Part shown: positions 48,601 to 59,668 of the stretch, piece after piece
How the letters are laid out: each line of letters opens with the position of its first letter
Numbering within the stretch: position 1 is the stretch's first letter
Program-made: the position numbers and the translations under genes
The notes under the pieces: generated by a model
Database searches by the model: none
What the model saw: only the letters and a program-made list of their open reading frames with translations
Told to the model about the DNA's origin: nothing
Origin: Octopus sinensis
Lineage: Eukaryota
Direction: 5' to 3'
Length of the DNA: 64,000 nt
Assembly (NCBI RefSeq): GCF_006345805.1
Contig: NC_043004.1
Span: 7,688,001 to 7,752,000, forward strand

Positions 48601-51600
48601 TAGAGTATAATTATTTATTTGAAAAAGCACCGTCCGAACGTTGTCGATACTAGTACTGGCTCCTGTGCTGGTAGCATGTAAAAAGCACCGACTACACTCT
48701 CGGGTTGGTTGCCATTAGGAAGGGCATCCAGCTGTAGAAACATTGCCAGATCAGACTGGAGCCTGCCAGTCCCAGTCAAACCGTCAAACCCATGCCAGCA
48801 TGGAAAGCGGATGTTAAACGATGATGATGATGATGATGAATTTCATGTGAACAAATGTGAACAGTGGGAGACTGAGTATGGTAGCAGCTGCTGTAAGTTG
48901 ACATTGGGAGAGAGTTGATGAATGTATGTGATTCTGGGTCATCTGACGTGAACCCAACACCCAACCCTATCTTCACACTGAACTAAAATTAAGACTATTG
49001 ATACACTGAAATAAACAAGAGACAGATTTAGACACAACAGCGAATCAATGACAGAAAGAAAGTCTTTGTCAAAACAAAAGATTATAGAATCAATCAAGTA
49101 AATAAAAGCTCCAAAATGCTGTCTAGGTCAGGCTTAACGCAGATTATTTAATGGAGCTTGTGGAATCCATTTTGAGAGTATATTTTACTTGTTTCAGTCA
49201 CTGGAATACGACCATGCTGGGGCACCACCTTAAAGAATTTTAGTCAAACAAATCAACCCAAATACTCAGGTATTTTTTTATATATACAAGTTTGTCAAGC
49301 AATTGTGACAGGGGACAAACACTGACAGACATGTGCACATGTGTGTGTGTGTATTTACACACACAACAGGCTTCTTCCACAGGTCCCACCTACCAGATTC
49401 ACTGATGAGGCATTGGTCGGTACTGGGCTATAATAGAAGACACTTGCACAAAGGGCCACGCAGTGGGACTGAACTCACAACCATGTGGTTACAAGGCAAA
49501 CTCCTTAACCACACTGCCCCACCTCTGCCTAGCTATTCAATACTCATCACCATTGATATTTCTTTGTCTGCTTTATCCATTCTGGCACCAGTAGCATGAG
49601 ATTTATGGAGAGAGTATTCTGCAGTCGGGTGTCCTTCCTGACGCAAACTCTTGTAGCAAAGTACTTTATTCCACAATGCTGAAACACCATGCGGCCACAT
49701 TGTGGGACATAAACATCCATTGTCCAAGAAATGTCAGTGCAAAGATATGCGGAAATAAACATGCACACACACACACGGCAGGCATCTGTAAGGATTCCGT
49801 CTTGGAATTTCCCTCACAAGGCATTAGTCATCTGGATTCTATAAAAGGAGGCACTTGTCCAAGATACCTTGGAGTGGGATTGAACCTGAAGCCACATGGT
49901 TTCTTTAACCAGAGAACTGTCTCTTGCCTACATCTCTGCATTAAATAGGGTAACAATAACCTATTATTTTGCAGATACTCTTTACCCTTTTATTTGTTTC
50001 AGTCATTTGACTGTGGCCATGCTGGAGCACCACCTTTAGTCGAGCAAATCGACCCAAGGACTTATTCTTTGTAAGCTTAGTACTTATTCTATCGGTCTCT
50101 TTGCCGAACTGCTAAATTATGGGGATGTAAACACACCAGCATTGAACAAACAGACACATAAACATATACACACACACATACATATATATATAAATATATA
50201 CGATGGGCTTCTTTCAGTTTCCGTCTACCAAATCCACTCACAAGGCTTTGATCGGCCCGAGCCTGGTGTGAAGCTGAGGTCATCTACAAAAGTTTACAAA
50301 CAGATCAGATTTCAGGTTCAAAAACAACCTCCCCCCCACTTCCCCCTGAACCCTAACCAATAAACAACTGACAGAATTCAGTTTGAGCCAAGCTGGACGA
50401 AAGATCCTGAACAAAGCTGCACAGAAAATTATGCCCAGATGCACATGCAACTGCACATACTCTGCACAGTGAAAACAGGTGTAGGTTGTAACCATAAAAA
50501 TATGACATTGAAGAAAAAAAAGGAAATAAATTTTGAGGATGTACCAGTCACCATATTCTCTATCGTTATAATTATTGCTTATATTTATATATATATAACA
50601 CATACACACACACATGGTTCCTTGAGAGTTGAGAAAGGTATCAGATTTATATTTTGATACAATATGCTATTTTAAGAAACCATCGTGTTACATAAAAAGA
50701 ATTTTAAATTTTTATATAAAATACAAATGAGATAGGTTCAAATTCCATCACTATTCTTATGTTAGGAAATTTACATTACTTATCTATCAATTTAACTCGT
50801 TATAATGATTTATATAATTAATGAATTGATCCATTGATATAACATACCTTCCTCTAGAAAACATCTACTATGGAGAGCTTCATTCACAATTATAATTTAT
50901 AGTGTATGACATAATAACCATACAGATGGCAGCCAATCATACAGACATACATTAAACATAAAACAGTTAACAAATATGGACAGATATAAGTACAGAGTAA
51001 CATGTAGATATATACACAACCAGACTAACAGAAATAAATGACATAAAAAAATATTTAACTGGGTAAAATAGAGTTTGGGGTGTAAAAAGGCCAAAATATA
51101 AACATTTAACTAAATTCTTCACAAACACATAAAGTGAGAAATCAAACCATTGTTCATGATGTTCCTTTGATTTAGATGTTTCTGTTGTAATTCTGTCTTC
51201 AAGAGATTCTTGAATGAGAGAGTCATGGTCTGCAGATGGTTGATCAAGTTTGTCTTCCTAGAAAATGTTCATGAAATGGTTAATAGTTTAAGCTAAGAAG
51301 AAACAAAATTCAAACTATTAATAATGCTAGACATTACTAATTACTAATATTACTAATTACTAACCTCTACTGAGAAATTAATTACAGAAACAATTATTTT
51401 GAATAAACATTTCAACATTAATGATGAATCAAAGAGTAGACTTGGTGATCCAGTAACTAAATAGCAAAGCGTCGAGTTGGTGTGGGTGGTCATTTCTCTG
51501 ATGCCATTCAAAGAGCGACAAGTGAAACAGATTCATTGTCATCATCGTTTAATCTTTTATCATTCACATTACTCAAACGTCAAACGTTCTGCTTATTCAC

Positions 51601-54600
51601 ATTGTCTTCAGTTAATCATAACAGAATTTTGTAACTTTAAGATTTCAATGATATGATTGTTTAGTTTCAGAAAGACATTGTAAGGTAGGTGCGAGTGGCC
51701 GATAGAATATTTTGGCCACATATGGTCAGTTTAAATGCTAAAGGATTTATGTCCATCTTCCATGCTGGCATGGGTTGGACAATTTTATAGGATCTGGTAA
51801 AGCAGAGGACTTCATCAAGTTCAAATGTCTGCTTTGGCACAGTTTCTATGGCTGGATGCTCTTCTTCCTAGTTCCACAGTGTATTTGAGATTTGTAAATG
51901 TAAGGACAGCCATGAAGTTAGCATATTGGATGAACAACGGAGAGAAGATTCATGGTTTGTATCTCATCAATGTCACCATTTTGTATTTGTTGTCAAGATA
52001 TTTGAGCAGTCCACCAGGTAAGCTGTAGCAAGATTATAAAATGAATAAATGTTTTATTAGGTTACAGAGCAGAGTTTAATTCTATCTGTGAGTACAACTT
52101 GAAGAGGGACTGGCTCCCATAAACTGGTGTAACCTAGATACACTACACAAAGAGAAAATCTTCAGAAGTTACCACTGGATCTAGGAATTCTATCATGGGT
52201 TTTAAGTTATTCTATAAAAACTGAAGACATGTCTGTTATTCTGTAACTCTGGGTCAACTCAAGCCTGAGAGAGATGAACCGAAATCAACAGCATTCTAGC
52301 CATGGTTATCTCATCTATTCGATGAATATTTATAGGTCAGCCTTATCAAAAAATTTAAAAGTACTATGACTAAAGGCATTCCATTTGTGACCATCCCATC
52401 TTCACAGAATGATTTCACAAAAATTTACTTACTATTTCAAGCAGGTCAACTCACTGCATAAAAGCTCTCCCATTAGAGGTATATGAGACTATGTTATTTA
52501 CAGAGTCTTCTCCTTATTTAAGATGGTGAGACAAGCTTTGAGAGAGAGTTGGCTACTATTTCTAGCAGGCTGAGTGACAATGTAAAAGTTATTTCAGCTT
52601 GAAATGTAGGTTGTTGAGTCAGGTGATAAAATAAAACCTGAGATCGTTACCAGAACAACAAGCTGGCCTTCATGCCGATGGCACGTTAAACACACCATCT
52701 GAGTGTGATCGTTACGGCGTCGCCTTACTAGCACTTGAGCTGGTGGTATGTGAAATATTCGAGCGAGGTCATCGCCAGTGCCACTGGACTAGCTTCTGTG
52801 CAGGTGGCACATAAAAAGCACCATTTGAGTGTGGCTGTTGCCAGTTCCACCAAACTCACCCTCGTGCCGGTGGCACGTAAAAGCACCCGCTACACTCTTG
52901 GAGTGGTTGGCGTTAGGAAGGGCATCCAGCCATCCAGCTGTAGAAACTCTGCCAGATCAGATTGGAGTCTGGTTTGCCAGACCTCAGTCAAATCGTCCAA
53001 CCCATGCCAACATGGAAAGCGGACGTTAAATGATGATGATGATGATGTATTCAGAAAAAAAAAAAAAGCAATCACTTACTGGTACATCTAATTCCCCATA
53101 AATGTCAATCTCAATGTTATGTGGTTGTTGATGCTGTTGACGTTGTTGCTGTCTCAGGAGTGCTATATATGGTTCATAGTCTTTGACAGCTGGCTGAGGT
53201 TTGGAGTGATGTCGGGCATGGTCTACTGGTACATCTAATTCCCCATAAATGTCAATCTCAATGTTATGTGGTTGTTGATGCTGTTGATGTCGATGTTGTT
53301 GACGTTGTTGCTGTCTCAGGAGTGCTATATATGGTTCATAGTCTTTGACAGCTGGCTGAGGTTTGGAGTGATGTCGGGCATGGTCTACAACAATTGATGA
53401 GGATGGAGTATTTTGAGAGACAAGATTCTTTGTTTGGTTTCCAGCCACAATGGATGTCGATGGAGGATGTTGTACCTGTTCGAAGTCATCTTTCGACAAC
53501 AGACTGTCGACATCGTAATGGTGTTGCTGAGCAATTAAGGAGTTAATTTCTTCGTTAAACTGGAAACAATATAAATAGACCACAAAAAGCCAGTTAAATA
53601 ATTAAGAAAACAACCACAAAAATAACAGTGATTCTACTAATAATCTTTGACATTTTCTCAGCAGATTTAATCTAATTAGAAAGCAGCTTAAGAGAGACAA
53701 GTGAAATCTATGTCAACTGTCGTCACCACCATTCGTCATCTTCATCAGGTTGGACTTAATATAAAAATATTATTGATTTCTACCTGGAACTCTGTTGGTT
53801 ATGATGAAGAGTGTTCCAGTTGATCTATTCAACAGATCAGCCTGCTTGTGAAAGTACAAGTGGCTGAGTACACCTCAGATATATATAGCTTTGACATAGT
53901 TCTCAGGGAGATTCAGGTATGACACAGAATGTGACAAGGCTGGCCCTTTTGAATTACTGGTACCACTCATTTTCGTCGGGTGAGTGGAGTGGAGCAATGT
54001 GCTCAAGGGTGCAATGTACTACCAGGAATTGAACTCGTGATCTCACATTCATGAACCAAATACCTGGACCCCGAAGCCTTCACACTGATTTCTGAAAACG
54101 AGTAAAATCCAGAAATTTTCATGGAGGAGCTGATTAGATAAACCCCAGGTATTTTTTGCTTATTTTTATCAACATCAAACAGATGAAAGGCAAAGTCAAC
54201 CTTGGCATGTGTTTAACTTAGGATAAAAAGATCTGTAATAAAATAACAGAACGCTTTTTGTTCAGTGTATATATGCAATGGGCTTCTTTCAGTTTCCGTC
54301 TACCAAATCCACTCGCAAGGCTTTGGTTGGCCTGAAGCTATAGCAGAAGACACTTGCCCAAAGTGCCACACAGTGGGACTGAACCCAGAACCATGTGGCT
54401 GGGAAGCAAACTTCTTTCTACACAGCCAACCTACAACAACAACAAACCAAACTACATCTCTTCCTCACATTCCTGCTTCATGGACTCTGATTACCTCCCA
54501 CTCCCCAATCCTGTCCCCTTGGCCTGGTGCCACTGTATCATTGCTCCCCCAACCTGTGTGTTCTACCCACACACCCTGTCTCACTGTATTATTGCTATCT

Positions 54601-57600
54601 GCTTGCCCTCGACCTGTGTGTTCCACCCTTATGTAACAAGAAAACTTTTCCCTCACCCTACCCCAACAAACCAATCCACATCTCTTCTCTTTCTTGCATT
54701 TCCTCCTTCATACACTATGCCTACCTCTCCCTCCCCAATCTTGTCCTCTGTATCATTGCTAACTGGTAGCCCACCCCCCAACTCTATATATACCCAGGTT
54801 TTTTTACCATTTACTTGCACTCTTTAATCACACTTCCTTCATAATATCCTGCCGCTTACATTATGACCTCCCAACCTCAAGGCTATTCCCTGGCACTTGC
54901 CACCATCTCTATCTCTCTCTTCCTTTACTCAACCATCCCATTTACATTCTGATCCTCATTCCTTGTGAGTATGCCTGGCATTTTGCCATCATCTCTATCC
55001 TGCTGTCTCTCTTTCTCTCTCTCCTTCTGCACTTCCCTCAGGTTAGGTAACCATGTATTTCCTTTGCAGCAGCACACCTGTTTCTGTCTTCATTCCTGAT
55101 CTCTCTCTCTCTGGCCAGGTAACCTTGTATTTCCTCTACAGCAAGACACCTGTATCTGTCTCAGTAAAACCTTTTCATCATCCAACGCAAGATCACCTCC
55201 TCCAATGCCCCCTCTCCACTTGAAAGTTTTTGTTTTTTTTTTGTCTTGCAAGTACTCGGTGACCCTGTCAGTGCAGGTGCCACTTAAAAGCACCCGGTCC
55301 ACACTGCAAAGTGGTTGGTGTTTGGAAGGGCATCCAGCTATAGAGACCTTTCCAAAACTGACCTCGCTTGTGCTTGTGCCACATGAAAAGCACTAAGTTC
55401 ACTCTGCTGAGTGGTTGGGGTTAGGAAGGGTTGTAAAGATCCTGCCAAAATAGCCACAGAAGACTGGTGCAGGCTCTTGTGAAACCGTCCCACCCATGCT
55501 ATTATGGAAACCAGACGTTAAATGATGATGATGATGATGAGTATGTATGTATGTATGTAATATATATACATATATATTCATCGTCATCGTTTAACGTTCG
55601 CTTTCCATGCTAGCATGGGTTGGACGATTTTGACTGAGGGCTGGCGAACCAGATGGCTGCACCAGGCTCCAATCTTGATCTGGCAGAGTTTCTACAGCTG
55701 GATGCCCTTCCTAACGCCTACCACTCCAAGAGTGTAGTGGGTGCTTTTTACGTGCCACTGGGGGCCAGTCAGGCGGTACTGGCAATGACTTCACTCAAAT
55801 CTTTTTACACATGCCACTGGCACAGGTGCCAGTAAGGCAGCATAAATTGATATCTATATAAATATCGCTAATAACCTATATCTTAATAATAATAGATCTT
55901 TACTCACCAGTCTTGTCTTTCTACTTTCCTCTTCCATTTTCAGAGAAAGTTTATCCAACACACCAAGTTGATGACTCATTTTCATAAGATTTGTCTTTAA
56001 GAAATCTTGTGAAATATTTCTTGGAGTCTTTTGTTGAGGAACCAAGTTTTTAAAGCTGTAAAAATGAAATCGTATGAAGAGAGATTCCCATTATTTTAGT
56101 TCAGGAAATAATTTATTATTAGCAACCTCTTGCTTCTTTCTCAACATTTATGCATATAAACTCTGGTATTAATTCAACAGAGAACAGACAAAAAATTCTT
56201 GTACACTCTAATATCATTAGCATTGACAAGAGCATTTTACAGAAGTAATTCTAAACTAACACATTTAGAATTGAGTGATGTTAACTTCAACCAGCTCATG
56301 CTAGTACGGAATAAGGGATGGTGATAAGATTACGTTGTTCTGTGTTACCATTTATTTGTTAGGAGAGTAATTTTATTACTTCCTCCTCCAGCTGGATTAG
56401 TATCCATTTATTTAAAAAACACAATACAGGGACTGAGAAAAATATTAATCCATCAACATCATTTATGTTTATTTTTCCATGCTGTCATTAATTAGACAGA
56501 TCTAGTTGACGAGCAGGCAGAATCGTTAGCACATCAGACAAAATACTTTGTGGTATTTCTTCTAGCTTTTTACATTCTGAGTTCAAATCCTGCTGGGGTC
56601 AACTTTACCGTTTGCCCTTTTGGAATTGATAAAATAAAGTACCAGTCATGTACTGGAGGGGGGGGGGGCAATATAATTGTCTTGCCCCTTCCCCTCAAAT
56701 TGCTAGTCTTGTATCAAAATTAGAAAGGTCTGCTGTATAAACTGTATTGCGTCGTCGTCGCCGCCGTCATCGTCATCACCAGGTCTGTAAGATCAAACAT
56801 GTTTTGATCCGAATCCATCACTTCTCACATTTTCTTTGTCACATTACATATGTTGTTTAGCCCGAGGTCATTACTGATCCAGCAGACCTATGATAAAAAT
56901 CATTCCAGCCATGATCTTTTTGTCTTTTTAAGAACATATAGGACTACATATCTCATGTGTTTTAACCTTTTTTTTAAATTCAAGATGGTTGGGTGGGATT
57001 AGAGTGTGATTTAACTGCTATTTCTAGCAAGTTGAACAACCATATAGAGGATCCCTCACTGGTTTTTAATGCAGCATGCTTCCCCATATATTTGTTGTCC
57101 ATTCACAACACAATATCCACCCAGTGCAACCACCTCTTCGGTCTATTAATGTCTTGAAAGCTCAGCTCATTTCTTAGTTGTGCTCCAGCTTTCCTGCAAG
57201 TTAACATCACTCATCCAATGGATCACATTCCACTTATTTCTTTTCAACCTCTCTAGGTTCTCTGACAGAACCCACCACCACCAAAAACACCCAACCCCCA
57301 AATTCTTAAATATCTATTTACCTCTGGAGATTAACATCTTCATTAAAAGAGGCCAGTTCAGCTTGGTCACAATTTCTTAATAGTCTGTCGGATGAGTTTT
57401 GCTGGATTAATGGTTCGTCTGGTGATACTTGGGAAGTCTGAGGTTTGTCTGGGAAGTTTGGTGAAGAAATTAGTTCAGAAGCCAGTTCTTCAATAGAAGA
57501 AACTCTTTGATTATTAAATGCTGGCAATGTATGTTTGTCTTGAACAGCTTCTGTATAGCTCAGGTTATCGGATGGCTGTGAGATATGGTCTGGTGTTTCA

Positions 57601-59627
57601 GAAGACTGAATTGAATCTTCATTGATAGGCGAAAGAATTCTATGTTCAAAGACTATTGATTTATTATTACTGCTCGGTGTTGGTGTTTTTTCTTTTCTTT
57701 CAAAAAGTCTACTGTCTACTTGGAATGGCACAGGTGAAAGCTCACTATCATACTTGAAATCTTGAAAAGAAAAAAAAAAGAATATATATAAATATGAATA
57801 TACAATTCCATATTGTGTTTTTAGGATTAATTTTCAAACGTAAAACTTTATGGACACAATTTCTTGACTGGCTTCTTTAATTTTATTCCTTTAAATACAA
57901 CAATAGGCTGTGGCAGGATTTGAACCTATAACCACTATCTCTTCCCGAAGATAATAAAAAGATAGAAACTGCTTCATTATTAAGAGAAATGATTCAATTT
58001 TGAAACTAAAAGTATGAATGGGTATAAGATATTTCGTAGTTCCAGCTCCAGGTCAACTGAAGTCTTGTGAATTTGGTAGATGGAAACTGAAAGAAGCCTA
58101 TTGTGTGTGTGTGTGTGTCCCATGGTCTGGATATTGTATGTCACCATTTTACAAGGTTGTTTATTTACAATCTGACTAATGGATGCCTTAGACAGGTACC
58201 ACTAAAAGAAGATAAAGTCATTGCTGGATTACCTGTGACCAAATGTCTGATCAGGGTTAATCTGGGATTAAACAAAAACAATCCTGAAAAACCTCCTATA
58301 AGTCGAATTATTCATAAGAATTCAGATGTTAAAATTGTTCTAAGTATATCATACATACATCCTTTTGTTTTCTTGAAAAATAGCTTTTTAAGTTTTGTCC
58401 TTTGTACATTATATCTTTTTTCAGATCCTGAGTAACCCTTTAGCATTTACTTCACTTTGTCCAATGAAATGCTTACTTATTCTGTCCAATACAATGCTTA
58501 TTATTAATATGTAATGCTTATTTTTATGAATTAATCATGCATTAACTTGTAAGCTTTGAGATTTCGATTATCACCATCATCGTCATTTAACGTCCACTTT
58601 CCATGGGTTGGACGATTTTGACTGGGGGCTGGCGAACCAGATGGCTGCACCAGGCTTCAATCTTGATCTGGCAGAGTTTCTACAGCTGGATGCCCTTCCT
58701 AACGTCAACCACTCCAAGAGTGTAGTGGGTACTTTTTACATGCCACCGGCACGGGGCCAGTCAGGCGGTACTGGCAATGACCTCGTTCGAATCTTTTACA
58801 CAGGCTACCGGCACAGGTGCCAGTAAGGCGACGCTGGTAATGATCATGCTCGAATGGTGCCTTTTAAGTGCCACTGGCACTGAAGCCGGTTAGCCGCTCT
58901 GTCAATGATCACACTCGTATGGTGCTCTTTGCACCCTGCTAGCACGGACGCCAATCATCGAATTTGATTTTGATTTCACTTGCCTCAACAGGTCTTCGCA
59001 AGCAGAGTTTTATTGTCCAAAGAAGGAAAAGGTACGCATAAGTGGGCTGATTACGCCCCTGAATATTTATTTTTAGAATGGTATTGTAGGGTAGGTGTGA
59101 GAGGCCAGATTTAGCCAGTTTGAACTTAGAACACAGAATATTTGGGGTTGGATATGGCTGTTTAATTGCCAAAAGGCTAATGCAAAATTTCACAAAAAGA
59201 GTTGTACTGGAACTGTTAAAGAATTCCTTCAGTGTTAAGAATTGTGGTTTCCTGGTTTAACCATTCCATTGAGTTTTGAATGTGGAAAAATCACATCAAC
59301 ATTGAGCTAACCATCAACTACAAAATGCAGAGTCATTTGTGAGATGAATTCATCTTCATCATCATCATCATCGTCGTTTAAAGTCTGCTTTCCATGCTGG
59401 CATGGGTTGGACCTGGTTGATAAATACATTTCCTCATTTTAAAAAGCTTCAGGCACAGATATCACTCGATTTTTAAAATTAGCAATCATATGTTGCTTAC
59501 TATGGCTGGCCATGGCAACAAAAGAAACAAAAAACAAAAAAAAGGCAAAACAATAAATGAAAAATTCCATGATGGCATGAAGGTATGTAGAAGCATGGGA
59601 GGTAACTCTGTAAACACTTGCTGCAAA

Positions 59628-59668
<41 letters not shown>

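Noticed and set aside
58233-58283. Possible small CPLANE1 cassette exon (CAG|GTAATC donor)
   Set aside because: The better acceptor gives 29 nt (frameshift); the 51-nt in-frame option has a poor pyrimidine tract and no recognisable motif.
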